From: Patescibacteria group bacterium
GTDB taxonomy: Bacteria > Patescibacteriota > Patescibacteriia > JAXHNJ01
Length of the DNA stretch: 64,000 nt
Direction of reading: 5' to 3'
NCBI GenBank assembly: GCA_043812155.1
Contig: JBDRMK010000030.1
Location: 8,407-72,406 of the forward strand
This document shows, piece after piece, positions 30,604 through 40,879 of the stretch; the stretch's first letter is position 1, and every line of letters starts with the position of its first letter. The notes under the pieces were generated by a model. It did no database searches and was not told the DNA's origin. It saw only the letters and a list, made by a program, of their open reading frames with translations. The translations under genes and the position numbers were made by a program.

Positions 30604-31983
30604 TTAAACTTTGGGCAGATATTTTTCAATATATACTTCTTTAACACGCTTGAGCTCTGAACGCGGCAGGATAGATAAAAGTTTCCAGCCCAGGTCCAGA
30701 GTTTGGATTATCGTCCGGTCTTCATTCAGCCCCTGCCGGACGAATTTATCCTCAAATTCATCCGCGAATTTAGAGAATTTTTTATCGTCTTCTGAGAGGG
30801 CCGCTTCGCCCAAAATAACGGCCAGCTCTTTGGCTTCTTTGCCCCGGGCGTAGGCGGCGAACAATTGGTTTAAGACGCCGGCATGGTCTTCGCGGGTTTT
30901 TCCTTCACCAATGCCTTTGTCTTTCAAGCGGGAAAGTGAGGGCAGGACATCCACGGGGGGATAAATGCCTTTGCGGTGGAGTTCCCGGGAAAGCAGGATC
31001 TGTCCTTCAGTAATATAGCCGGTTAAATCAGGAATGGGATGGGTTTTGTCGTCTTCCGGCATGGTTAAGATGGGAATCTGAGTAATGGAGCCTTTTTTGC
31101 CTTTGATCCGGCCGGCTCGTTCTTAAATCGTGGAAAGATCGGTGTAGAGATAGCCGGGATAGCCGCGGCGACCGGGGATTTCTTTGCGGGCGGCGGAGAT
31201 CTCGCGCAGGGCTTCGCAGTAGTTGGTCATGTCGGTCATAATAACAAGGACATGCAGGTTTTTTTCAAAAGCCAGATATTCGGCCGTGGTCAGGGCGATG
31301 CGGGGCAGGGTTATGCGTTCTACCACCGGATCATCGGCTAAATTGACGAAAAGCACGGCCCGGGCAATGGCGCCGGTCGCTTTGAATTCATTGATGAAAT
31401 ATTCGGATTCTTCAAAAGTGATGCCCATGGCGCAAAAAACCACGGCGAATTCCGATTTTTCCCCTTGGCCGATCACCTTTGCTTGCCGGGCGATCTGACT
31501 GGCCAGGGCAGAATGGGGTAGACCGGAGCCGGAAAAAATGGGAAGCTTCTGGCCGCGCACCAGGGTGTTAAGCCCGTCAATCGTGGAAATGCCCGTTTGA
31601 ATAAAATCATTGGGATAATCGCGGGCAAAAGGGTTGATCGGCGAGCCATTAATGTCTAGTTTCTTTTCCGGGATGATTTTCGGGCCGCCGTCTCTGGGGT
31701 TGCCTGACCCGGAAAAAACCCGGCCGAGCATGTCGGAAGATACGCCGATCTCCATGGTTTTTCCCAAAAATTTCGCTTTGGTGTTTTCTACCTGCAGTCC
31801 CCGAGTTTCTTCAAACATTTGGACTATTGCGGATTTTTCTGAAATTTCCAAGACCCGGCCCCGTCTTTTTTCTCCGGACGGCAATTCCACTTCCACCATT
31901 TCCTGGTATTTCACGCCTTCAACTCCTTCAACAATCAAGAGGGGGCCGGCGATCTCTTTTATGGTTTTATATTCTTTTAACAT
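30604..31983 (-). pseudogene. ntpB: V-type ATP synthase subunit B interrupted by one in-frame TAA (plus-strand TTA at 31123-31125)
   Basis: Two same-frame ORFs (286 aa + 152 aa) together span full B subunit; stop replaces the conserved Tyr in ...DLSTI[Y][29 protein letters not shown]. Confidence 0.75.
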
Positions 31984-31990
31984 AAGTTTA

Positions 31991-33751
31991 TTAAGTTAGT
32001 TGATTTAAAGATTGTTCAATTTCTCGGGCAATTTTTTCAAATTCGGATAATTTATTTTCCGGGATCTGGGGAGACTTGGTGATTTTTTCCTTGACCGAAA
32101 GTGAGATGATTGCTTCCAGCTCTTTGCCCTTATCCAAGGCTTCATTGGCTTTTTCATGGAAATACAGAATATTCTTCAGCATGAGGTATTGTTTTTTCAT
32201 GGAAGTATAGGTGTCAACGGCGTCAAAGGCGTTTTGATGGAGAAAATCCTCGCGGATGGCTTTGGCCGTGTTCAAAACCAGCTGTTCTTTGGCGGAAAGA
32301 GCGTCAAGTCCGACCAGGCGGACGATCTCTTCTAAAGCCGCTTCTTCCTGAAGCAGGCCCATGGCTTTGACGCGCAAAGCCGGCCATTCTTCCGCCACGT
32401 TCTTTTTTAAATATTCTTCAATATCTTCAAGGTATAAAGAGTAGGAGGTCAGCCAGCTGATGGCCGGGAAGTGTCGCTTAAAAGCGAGCTTGTCATCCAG
32501 GCCCCAGAATACCTTGACCACGCGCAGGGTGTTTTGAGTGACCGGTTCGGACAAATCGCCGCCCGGAGGGGAAACGGCGCCGACCACGGTCAGGGAGCCT
32601 TTCCTTCCTTCGCGGCCCAAGCATTTGACCAGCCCCGCTCTTTCGTAAAAACTGGCGGTCCGGGAGCCTAAGTAGGCGGGATAGCCTTCTTCTCCTGGCA
32701 TTTCTTCCAAGCGGCCGGACATTTCGCGCAAGGCTTCGGCCCAGCGGGAAGTGGAGTCAGCCATTAAAGCGACTTTATAGCCCATGTCCCGGAAATATTC
32801 GGCAATAGTAATGCCGGTATAAACAGAGGCTTCGCGGGCGGCCACCGGCATATTGGAAGTGTTGGCGATCAGAACGGTTCTTTCCATCAGCGGTTTTCCG
32901 GATTTTGGGTCTTTTAATTCGGGAAATTCCTGCAAGACGTCCGTCATTTCATTGCCGCGTTCGCCGCAGCCGATGAAAATAATGATATCGGCGTCCGCCC
33001 ATTTGGCCAGCTGGTGCTGGACCACGGTTTTGCCTGAGCCGAAAGGGCCGGGGACGCAGGCGGTACCGCCTTTGGTCACGGGAAAGAAAGCGTCAATGAC
33101 CCGCTGGCCGGTAATCAAGGGTTCAGTCGGGACCATTTTTTCTTTGGTCGGCCTTGCTTGCCGGATCGGCCAGGTTTGCTTCATGGTAAGCGGATGGATT
33201 TTTCCTTTTTCGTCTTCAATTTCCGCCACGGTTTCTTTATTAGTAAATGAACCGTCTGAGATTTTTTTAACGGTTCCTTTTAAAAGGGTCGGGGTAACCA
33301 TGATCTTATGTTCAATCAAAGAAGTTTCTTTGACCGTGCCGAGCACGTCTCCGGCCTCCACAGCCTCGCCGGTTTTGACCGAAGGCTTGAAATTCCATTT
33401 TTTATCTTCATTCAAGGCCGGCACTTCTATACCGCGGGTGATGTAGTCGCCGGCTTTGGCGGCGATGCTGCTCAAGGGCCTTTGGATGCCGTCATAAATT
33501 GAGGTAAGCAAACCCGGGCCCAAATCCACGGACATCGGTTTTTCCGTTCTAAAAACCGGTTCGTCCGGCCCCAGGCCTGAAGTTTCTTCATAAACTTGGA
33601 TATAAGCCTGGTCGCCTTTTAATTGGATGATTTCGCCGATCAGTTTTTCTTTTGAGACTTTGACCACTTCATACATTTTGGCGCCCTCCATGCCCGAAGC
33701 GACGACCAGGGGACCGGAGACTTTGATGATTTTGCCTTGTTTCTCTGTCAT
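31991..33751 (-). CDS. ntpA: V-type ATP synthase catalytic subunit A
   Basis: Walker A GPFGSGKT, catalytic A-subunit architecture with non-homologous insert. Confidence 0.9.
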   Translation of the reverse strand: MTEKQGKIIKVSGPLVVASGMEGAKMYEVVKVSKEKLIGEIIQLKGDQAYIQVYEETSGLGPDEPVFRTEKPMSVDLGPGLLTSIYDGIQRPLSSIAAKAGDYITRGIEVPALNEDKKWNFKPSVKTGEAVEAGDVLGTVKETSLIEHKIMVTPTLLKGTVKKISDGSFTNKETVAEIEDEKGKIHPLTMKQTWPIRQARPTKEKMVPTEPLITGQRVIDAFFPVTKGGTACVPGPFGSGKTVVQHQLAKWADADIIIFIGCGERGNEMTDVLQEFPELKDPKSGKPLMERTVLIANTSNMPVAAREASVYTGITIAEYFRDMGYKVALMADSTSRWAEALREMSGRLEEMPGEEGYPAYLGSRTASFYERAGLVKCLGREGRKGSLTVVGAVSPPGGDLSEPVTQNTLRVVKVFWGLDDKLAFKRHFPAISWLTSYSLYLEDIEEYLKKNVAEEWPALRVKAMGLLQEEAALEEIVRLVGLDALSAKEQLVLNTAKAIREDFLHQNAFDAVDTYTSMKKQYLMLKNILYFHEKANEALDKGKELEAIISLSVKEKITKSPQIPENKLSEFEKIAREIEQSLNQLT

Positions 33752-33783
33752 AATATTTTAGTTATGTTGTTAATTTATTTATT

Positions 33784-33862
33784 TAGACAATTGACAGTAG
33801 ACAATAGGATATAAGTCTAACATTCCTGTCTAATGTCAAATGTCTATTTTCTAATGTCCTAT
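33784..33862. repeat. AGACAAT-type palindromic repeat element (intergenic ntpA/ntpF)
   Basis: TTAGACAATTGACAGTAGACAATAGGA ... TCCTGTCTAATGTCAAATGTCTA inverted arms. Confidence 0.5.
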
Positions 33863-34194
33863 TTATTAAAAAGAATGTCCGAGCCGACGGCCTGCTCCAC
33901 GATCTTTCTTAGATTCTTTAGGCCCGCGCCGGTGGTGCCGTGCTGGCTGGGAATGGAAATAACCGCGGGCAATGTAAGTTTTTGCAGTTTTTCTATTTCT
34001 TTGCCCGCTTTTTCGTACCAGTTTTCCGTGATAAAAACGATGGCAAAATTTTCTTTTTCTATTTTTTGGATAGCGTTCTTTACTTCTTCAATATTAAAAA
34101 CCCCGAAAGTTTCCACGCCTAAGGCGGAGAAACCCAAGATTGAATTTGGGGAACCGATCAGGGCGATTTTATATTTTTTGTTATTTTCTACCAT
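33859..34194 (-). CDS. V-type ATP synthase subunit F
   Basis: KIALIGSPNSILGFSALGVE signature; operon position. Confidence 0.7.
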   Translation of the reverse strand: MVENNKKYKIALIGSPNSILGFSALGVETFGVFNIEEVKNAIQKIEKENFAIVFITENWYEKAGKEIEKLQKLTLPAVISIPSQHGTTGAGLKNLRKIVEQAVGSDILFNK

Positions 34195-35174
34195 AATTCT
34201 CTCAGCCTTTCTTTAATTTCAGCCGGCGGAACGCCGTTCAATTTGCCGGTCATGATCAGCCTGACCTGGCGCAGGGCGTTTTTATTGGCGTAATAATAGG
34301 CGACTGCCACTTCCGGGCCGTAAGGAAATCTTTTTGTTTCTTTAAGAAAATCCAGCTCATAATTTTCAAAAGCCTGTTCCAGCCGCCACAAATTCTGGTT
34401 TTCCAGGTAGGCTTCAATAATCGGCCGGAATTTATTTTCAAAATAGAAGCAGCAGGCGTCCAGGGCTTCTTTTGGCTCTTTGTCGTATGAGGCCAGCAGG
34501 TCTTTTTTGGGGATTCGGCCGCCGGGAATGATCTCTTCGGCCAGCCATTTGGCGTCTTTTTTGAGTCTTTTCGCTCTTAAGAATATTTTAATATTGGCTA
34601 GAGTGATCTGGAGCTTGAGAAAATCAGAAATATAATTATTATTTATGGCGGCCGCCGTCTTATCAAGATAAGAAAACATTTCTTTATCAAAGAAAGAGTC
34701 AATACGATGAGGGGAGTTGTCCTGGGAAAATAAATCTTTCGTTTTTTCAATGATTTTAGATAGATGAGGCGGCAGGTCAACTTTTGCTCCGCTTAAGATA
34801 TGATTTCTTAAACTTTCGGAAGGGATGGTGCCGACCGGGCTTTCTTCCTCTTTCAGATCCTGGTGGCTGTACTTTGACTTGAAAATAACTTTTAGGTTGT
34901 GGAAATCAAAGCGGCTGAAAAGAAAGGCCAGCAGCCGGGAATCATTAAGCAGGTTTTCAAACATCAGTTTGGTTTGTTTAAGATCCTCGTTCAGGGCTTT
35001 TTGGAAATCCCGGGGAGCCACTTCCAAAAGATTATCCGCGTATGCCGTGTCGTTAAAGACGCGAAAAGCGGCCTCCAAGGAAGGCGCGTCAATCATTCTT
35101 TCCATGTCGTTCTGATTGAGCAGCTTGCTTTCGAGGCTTTTTAAGAGTCCGAAGATGTAGGGGTAATCAGCCAT
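34188..35174 (-). CDS. V-type ATP synthase subunit C (d)
   Basis: Size and operon position; helical protein. Confidence 0.7.
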   Translation of the reverse strand: MADYPYIFGLLKSLESKLLNQNDMERMIDAPSLEAAFRVFNDTAYADNLLEVAPRDFQKALNEDLKQTKLMFENLLNDSRLLAFLFSRFDFHNLKVIFKSKYSHQDLKEEESPVGTIPSESLRNHILSGAKVDLPPHLSKIIEKTKDLFSQDNSPHRIDSFFDKEMFSYLDKTAAAINNNYISDFLKLQITLANIKIFLRAKRLKKDAKWLAEEIIPGGRIPKKDLLASYDKEPKEALDACCFYFENKFRPIIEAYLENQNLWRLEQAFENYELDFLKETKRFPYGPEVAVAYYYANKNALRQVRLIMTGKLNGVPPAEIKERLRELW

Positions 35175-35224
35175 CGGCTAGATATTGAGATATTAAGCGA
35201 TTAAGATATTAAGATTTTAGGGCA

Positions 35225-35785
35225 TTAATTGAAAAGAATCTGAGCGACTTCGGTTTCCAGCTCGTCCCGGCTTTGGTCGATCAGGGTTTCGTAGCGATTG
35301 TCAATTTCCAGTTTCGGTGAAGAAAAAATAAAACCTGCCTGGCCCGGGATATTTTCTGAAGCCAAGGGAAAATGACCGTGAGCCAGGATTTTTTTAAGCC
35401 AAGCGTGGCTTGCTTTGGTGGCGATTATTTTTCCTTCTTTTTCCCGGGGCAGTCTGTCTATCAGTTGCTGGAGAAGCTTGGTTTGACTGTTTTCCGGCCG
35501 ATCGGCCAATTGGGTGGCGCTTTCGGAGAAAATCGCGGCCAGGATTTTTTGTTTTTCCGCCAGGATCCTTGATTTCTTTTCGTTTTCCGCCTGAAATTTT
35601 GCCTGTTCTATTTTTTTGGCCGCCTCTTTTTTTTCTTCTACCAGGATATTTTCCTGATAGATCTTTTCCCGGCGGCGGTAGTCTTCTTTTAAAGCGGCGA
35701 CTTTCTTTTTTCCCTCTTCTTGGATCTTTTTTATCTCTTCCTCGGCTTCTAAGACGAGGCTTTTTAGCAGTTGTTCTAAAGCCAT
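35225..35785 (-). CDS. V-type ATP synthase subunit E
   Basis: Charged coiled-coil N-terminus, globular C-terminus; operon position. Confidence 0.7.
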   Translation of the reverse strand: MALEQLLKSLVLEAEEEIKKIQEEGKKKVAALKEDYRRREKIYQENILVEEKKEAAKKIEQAKFQAENEKKSRILAEKQKILAAIFSESATQLADRPENSQTKLLQQLIDRLPREKEGKIIATKASHAWLKKILAHGHFPLASENIPGQAGFIFSSPKLEIDNRYETLIDQSRDELETEVAQILFN

Positions 35786-35790
35786 AAAAT

Positions 35791-36282
<492 letters not shown>

Positions 36283-38250
36283 TTATTCTTTATTAATAAT
36301 TCTTAAATATTTTGAGGTTTTTTTAAAAAAACGGAAACGGCTGCCGCCGCCTTCCATGAATTTGGGGAAAAATTCCACGAACTGAAGCCGGCCGGAATGG
36401 ATGAAAGCGCCTAAGGAATTGATGGCGATATTAAAAATGTGGCCGCCGATCAGGATCAGAACAGCGAACAGATAGCCGACAAAGGGGATCATATCAATGG
36501 CCAGCCCGGCAATAAGATTGATGACCATGGCGATGATGCCAGTGGCCAGGCCCAAGGCGAGCAGCCGGGAGTAGGAAAGAGTGTCGGAAAGATAATTAAC
36601 CGCGCCGTATAAACTGTAAAGGCCGAGCAGGGGTTTTAAGAAAATATTTTTGGTCTGGCGGCCATTGGCGACAATGAGAGCGAGGACCGCGGCCAGCAGG
36701 AGATAAAGAAGAAAAGGATTTAAAGAGGCCGGAAGGACATTTACTTTTGCCAAAACCCAAAGGATCAAAATAAGCAAGCCTGAAAACCAAAGCCCCGGGC
36801 CTAACAAGCCTTCCGTTGCTTTTTTATGTTTTATTTTCCAGAAGCAGCTGATAAGCAGACCGGTCAGGATCTGGATAAGGCCGAAGCAAAAAGCGATGAG
36901 CAGGACCAGCAGGGGATTTTTGATCGGGTCTATAACTTTAAAAAATTCCACGAATTGCCGGAACCAATTATGAGACATGGTCGAGATGTCAATGCCGAAC
37001 CAGCTGCCGAACAGGGCGCCGACGATCAGAGTGGAAAGGCCGCCGTAGAAAAGCAGCCGGATAAGTTTCATTTCTGAAGCGGGTTTTTTGCTGATTTTCA
37101 GCATGGCGAACATCAGCGAACTGATGACCAGGCCGTAGCCGGCGTCGGAAACGCAGAAGCCAAAAAATATAAAAAAGAAGGGCGCCAGGTACGGAGTCGG
37201 GTCTGGCTCAGAAGGAAGGGGCATGCCGTAGATGCCGGTAACTGATTCAAAAGGCTCGATCAGATTATTATTTCTGATGACCACGGGCGGGTTTTCTCCT
37301 TCTTCCAGCGCCATTTTTTCCAGAGCGAAATTAGGGGTAATGGCCGCCATTTTATCCGATAAAACCTCGGCAAAACATTCTTCCATGAAAAAAAGCAAAG
37401 CAAAAGTTTTTTGCGTGCCGGTGGCTTTGTCCAAGGCTTCTTTCTGCTCTTTTTTCCAGGCCAGGTAATCGGAGACCAGCCGCAAATTGGGCAGATGAAG
37501 AGTGAGTTTCTTGATCTTATTTGCCAGTTCCTCCTTGTCTTTTTCCGCTTTGATTATTTCCCGCTGGCAGATCTCGGTTTCCCCCCGCGCCTGGCACTGG
37601 ACGGCCGGGATCTGAGCGGACTTGAAATCGAATTTAACCAATAAATCCTTGATATTTTTTTCCAGCTCTTTTTTATAGATCAAGGCGAAATGGACTTCGC
37701 GGTTCCCGATGTAAGATTTTTCAAAAGCGATATTTTTAAGTTTTTCCGTCGCTCTTAAAAACTCATCGTAATTATTTTCATTGACCGAGCCCAGAATGAT
37801 CTTGGTCTTTTCCGTTTCGATTTCGTTCTTCGGGATAAAATCCAGGTTGATCCAGGCGGCCATGATATTTTTCAGGCTTTTTTGCTTTTCAATAGTGCTT
37901 TCCAGCGCGTTAAGATTCGCTTCCGCTTCTTCGCAATCCGCCACCACTTTTTCGTAATCAAAATCCTTTACGAATTTGTTAAAATCTTTTTCTGTGAAAG
38001 CGGTTTTTTCCGGCAGCAGCTTTTTTTTCAATGGGATTTTTGCCGTGTCGTAAGGCGCTAAAAAATTCAGGGCGAAAACGACCTGGGCCAGAAGATATTC
38101 GGGATTGCTGTTTTGCTTGGCCTTCAGTTTTTCTTTCTTCTCCCAGTTTTCTATTTGGCAGGCGCCGAAATTATGGAGCAATTCAATGACCGCTTCCTGG
38201 TGGGCAAGAAGGGAGGTAAGGGCATATTTTGCGACGGGACTTTGCGCCAT
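36283..38250 (-). CDS. ntpI: V-type ATP synthase subunit I (a)
   Basis: N-terminal cytoplasmic coiled-coil domain plus C-terminal polytopic membrane domain, 655 aa. Confidence 0.85.
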   Translation of the reverse strand: MAQSPVAKYALTSLLAHQEAVIELLHNFGACQIENWEKKEKLKAKQNSNPEYLLAQVVFALNFLAPYDTAKIPLKKKLLPEKTAFTEKDFNKFVKDFDYEKVVADCEEAEANLNALESTIEKQKSLKNIMAAWINLDFIPKNEIETEKTKIILGSVNENNYDEFLRATEKLKNIAFEKSYIGNREVHFALIYKKELEKNIKDLLVKFDFKSAQIPAVQCQARGETEICQREIIKAEKDKEELANKIKKLTLHLPNLRLVSDYLAWKKEQKEALDKATGTQKTFALLFFMEECFAEVLSDKMAAITPNFALEKMALEEGENPPVVIRNNNLIEPFESVTGIYGMPLPSEPDPTPYLAPFFFIFFGFCVSDAGYGLVISSLMFAMLKISKKPASEMKLIRLLFYGGLSTLIVGALFGSWFGIDISTMSHNWFRQFVEFFKVIDPIKNPLLVLLIAFCFGLIQILTGLLISCFWKIKHKKATEGLLGPGLWFSGLLILILWVLAKVNVLPASLNPFLLYLLLAAVLALIVANGRQTKNIFLKPLLGLYSLYGAVNYLSDTLSYSRLLALGLATGIIAMVINLIAGLAIDMIPFVGYLFAVLILIGGHIFNIAINSLGAFIHSGRLQFVEFFPKFMEGGGSRFRFFKKTSKYLRIINKE

Positions 38251-38271
38251 TTCTTTATCTTTATTATGCTT

Positions 38272-38586
38272 CTAATTGATTATTTTTCGGACAATCTGAT
38301 CAACCGCTTTTTGTTTTTTTTCCGGCGGTATCCGGCGGATTTTTTCCAATTCTTTCTCGGCCTCTTCTTTGATATTTTTCCTGATTCTTTCGATTGACCG
38401 GTCTGTTTCCGCCATGATCGCCTTAATTTCCTTGTCCAGGGATTTTTTTGCCATGGAAATTTTTTCTTCTCCTGCCGCTTTTTCCTTCGCCATCTCATCG
38501 TTGATCATATTTTCGACTTTTTGCTTCAGCTTTTCCGCCTTTTTTTCTTCTTCCTGGATCCGATCCAAGGTATTTTTTTGGGTCAT
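38272..38586 (-). CDS. V-type ATP synthase small coiled-coil subunit (G/H-like)
   Basis: 104-aa highly charged helical protein at head of operon. Confidence 0.5.
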   Translation of the reverse strand: MTQKNTLDRIQEEEKKAEKLKQKVENMINDEMAKEKAAGEEKISMAKKSLDKEIKAIMAETDRSIERIRKNIKEEAEKELEKIRRIPPEKKQKAVDQIVRKIIN

Positions 38587-38762
38587 AAATTGGGCTAAAT
38601 ATTAAAAAATCAAGTTTCTATTATACTGTTTTTTATATAAAAAATCAAGGGGAATCATGTGGATAAGTGATTCATTGGTAAATTTAGCTTATTTTAGGGA
38701 AAAAGTCTACCCCCTTTAAAAATTTATTGGCTTATTATAGCAAAAAAATATATAATATAGGT

Positions 38763-39461
38763 ATGAATTTACGAAAAATATACCGTCAATTATCGCAAAA
38801 ATACGGTCCTCAGGACTGGTGGCCTCTGTTAGATATCAAGATGTTGAGATATCGAGATATTTCCGCCCGAGGCGGACCGGCCTTGGGCCGGAAGATATCA
38901 AGAAAGAAAATTAAGGTATTTTCTGAGAAAAACATGTTTGAGGTCTGCCTGGGCGCGATCTTGACCCAGAATACGAATTGGAAAAATGTGGAGAAAGCCA
39001 TTTTAAATTTAAAAAGAAAAAAAATATTATCCCCAAGAAAAATATTAAATACGCCGCCAGGTAAATTAAGGGGGCTAATTCGTTCTTCCGGCTATTACAA
39101 TGAAAAAACCAAAAAGCTTATGACATATAGCTTATGGCTTATGGATAATTATAAGGGAAGTTTAAAGAAATTTTTTAAGCAATCATTAAAAAAGTGCCGC
39201 GAAGAATTGCTGGCGGTCCATGGCATCGGGCCGGAAACTGCCGACTCAATTTTATTATATGCCGGCCGCAAACCTTCTTTTGTCATTGACGCCTATACCA
39301 GGAGACTTTGTAAAAAATACGGAGTGGAATTCAAGACGTATGACGAGTACAAAGAATATTTTGAAAAGCGTTTGCCAAAGTCGTATAAATTGTATAATGA
39401 ATTCCACGCGCTGATTGTGCAATGGGGTAAGAATAATTCTTCAATCAGGAAGGTAGACTGA
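38763..39461 (+). CDS. HhH-GPD DNA glycosylase (endonuclease III-like) with in-frame repeat-element insertion
   Basis: GAILTQNTNWKNVEKAI, LxxLxGIGPETADSILLYA HhH-GPD motif; residues ~25-60 (LLDIKMLRYRDISARGGPALGRKISRKK) encoded by a dispersed repeat. Confidence 0.75.
   Translation: MNLRKIYRQLSQKYGPQDWWPLLDIKMLRYRDISARGGPALGRKISRKKIKVFSEKNMFEVCLGAILTQNTNWKNVEKAILNLKRKKILSPRKILNTPPGKLRGLIRSSGYYNEKTKKLMTYSLWLMDNYKGSLKKFFKQSLKKCREELLAVHGIGPETADSILLYAGRKPSFVIDAYTRRLCKKYGVEFKTYDEYKEYFEKRLPKSYKLYNEFHALIVQWGKNNSSIRKVD
38829..38915. repeat. Dispersed repeat: GATATCAAGAT-type AT repeat plus tandem GC triloop hairpins, inside glycosylase ORF
   Basis: TAGATATCAAGATGTTGAGATATCGAGATATT + CCGCC-CGA-GGCGG ACC GGCC-TTG-GGCCGG; related copies at 59741-59850 and 50355-50470 (reverse). 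Confidence 0.6.
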
Positions 39462-39490
39462 TCAGTCTACCTTCCGTTTTTTTGAAGTTG
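39455..39490 (+). terminator. Rho-independent terminator after glycosylase gene
   Basis: GGTAGACTGA-TC-AGTCTACC + TTCCGTTTTTTT. Confidence 0.75.
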
Positions 39491-39605
39491 TCTTTCGTAT
39501 CTTTTATAGTGCCGGCTTTCTAGCCTGCGCTGGTCTTCAAAATAAAAAGCGCCCGCGTTGTAAGATCGCTGGCGCAAATAGAAATATATATTCTGATCGG
39601 TTAAT

Positions 39606-39764
39606 TCAACTTTTCACGAATATATGTTTGAAAAGAGGACCAAGAGGAATCCAAACTCCGTATAGTATACGGATAGAGATAACCAGTGTTCCTAAGAAGT
39701 ATATACCTAATAGACAGTAAATAACGGCTAAATTCGCTAAAGCCTTTATTATTTCTAGCCACAT
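39606..39764 (-). CDS. Putative 52-aa small hydrophobic protein (not in ORF track)
   Basis: Hand-translated MWLEIIKALANLAVIYCLLGIYFLGTLVISIRILYGVWIPLGPLFKHIFVKS; AGGGAGG RBS; minus-strand terminator 39544-39580. Confidence 0.3.
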   Translation of the reverse strand: MWLEIIKALANLAVIYCLLGIYFLGTLVISIRILYGVWIPLGPLFKHIFVKS

Positions 39765-39862
39765 AGTAATTCCTCCCTTTTTAAAGAACCGAATTTATTT
39801 TATCGGTAATCAGGGGATATGTCAAATAAAGCCCGTTAGAATTCGAATTTTTAACAGGATAA

Positions 39863-39892
39863 AAAAGCGCCCTTAATCGATCTAAGGGCGCG
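39863..39892 (-). terminator. Terminator for Cys-rich gene cluster
   Basis: GCGCCCTTA..TAAGGGCGC hairpin with T-run on minus strand. Confidence 0.6.
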
Positions 39893-39916
39893 CGTGTTCC
39901 AATATTTTTCCTGATA

Positions 39917-40312
39917 TCATGAGTCGTCATGATCTCTTTGCGGTGAGCGAGTGAAGCCCAGGCCTTCTTCAACCCGGGCGATTTCCCGAGCGTGCCGGCC
40001 GGAACCGCCATCTTCCAGTCTCAAGCGGACTAGGCGCAGATAGTATTTGAGATAGCTCAGCACTTGACTGACACTTTCCTGGCGATAAAGATTTTCCGCC
40101 AATTTCGGCAGGTTAGGGTCGTCTTTCAGGGGGAAGGGAACCGGCATTCCTACCGAGCAAGGGCCGGATACAAAATGTTCACAAGGGGTTCTCTGGCGGA
40201 GGACTTTCTTTTTCACGGCACAGTCGGGATTATAGATCGTTTCTCTCATATCGGCCCAGGCCGTGGAAAAGTACTTGGCGCAGGTGGGTTGACGTGGACA
40301 GCAATTAGCCAT
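39917..40312 (-). CDS. Cys-rich hypothetical protein P3 (131 aa)
   Basis: Starts MANCCPRQPTCAKYF; ATG overlaps stop of P2 (TAATG); Cys knuckles CPRxxxC..YF and PCxxxxxxPC; GC-rich. Confidence 0.5.
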   Translation of the reverse strand: MANCCPRQPTCAKYFSTAWADMRETIYNPDCAVKKKVLRQRTPCEHFVSGPCSVGMPVPFPLKDDPNLPKLAENLYRQESVSQVLSYLKYYLRLVRLRLEDGGSGRHAREIARVEEGLGFTRSPQRDHDDS

Positions 40313-40518
40313 TATTTCTCCCTTCTTGCCCCCTTTTTTGCCAAAGGATAATTCTTTTTCATTTCGGCTAGGGCCCGTGCGTTTCGGCAGGCGCCGTTTT
40401 TCCAGAACAGGCAAGGGTGATGTTCCCGGCTTTTCTTGTCACCCTCCAGGACACTGGGATGAAAGTAGTGTCGGCATTTTTTCCGGCGCGGACATTTTGG
40501 TTCGTACGGCATAATCAT
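40312..40518 (-). CDS. Cys-rich hypothetical protein P2 (68 aa)
   Basis: KCPRRKKCRHYFHP...HHPCLFWKNGAC paralogous knuckle pattern to P3. Confidence 0.5.
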   Translation of the reverse strand: MIMPYEPKCPRRKKCRHYFHPSVLEGDKKSREHHPCLFWKNGACRNARALAEMKKNYPLAKKGARREK

Positions 40519-40533
40519 ACCTCTCAGTCGTAT

Positions 40534-40707
40534 CTACGCACTGATCACAGTTTTTTCGTGGTGCCTTGAATCGCTGTTACCGCAGATGCCATCCGGGCAA
40601 TACTGACAGGTTTCGTTATTTCGGCACCAGCCGTCTGCAAAAACGATAGCAGTCGGTTTTTTATAGCCCTGGCAGTGAATCTGATGGATGCAAAGATTTT
40701 TAACCAT
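40534..40707 (-). CDS. Cys-rich hypothetical protein P1 (57 aa from ATG; ORF track shows longer TTG start)
   Basis: MVKNLCIHQIHCQGY...GWCRNNETCQYCPDGIC; GGGGG/AAGG RBS. Confidence 0.45.
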   Translation of the reverse strand: MVKNLCIHQIHCQGYKKPTAIVFADGWCRNNETCQYCPDGICGNSDSRHHEKTVISA

Positions 40708-40816
40708 ACCTTTTACCCCCGGTTTATTGAAATGAGCGTTGATCAAAATGGATTATAAAATCTTAGCACAATAGCTCTATTAGTCAAATTCAAAAATTAG
40801 CCTTAAATTATTAATA

Positions 40817-40847
40817 AAAGAAAAACCCTCTTCATGAGAGAAGAGGG
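40817..40847 (-). terminator. Rho-independent terminator after membrane-protein gene pair
   Basis: CCCTCTTC-ATGAGA-GAAGAGGG with T-run on minus strand. Confidence 0.65.
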
Positions 40848-40879
40848 TTCGCGCTTATAGCGCTCGAGAACGTGCAGTG

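Noticed and set aside
31634-33502. Multiple 60-200-aa plus-strand ORFs across ntpA/ntpB
   Set aside because: They are antisense to highly conserved V-ATPase catalytic subunits.
39781-40011. 76-aa minus-strand ORF
   Set aside because: It spans the intrinsic terminator hairpin (39863-39892) and overlaps the 3' end of the Cys-rich gene in another frame.
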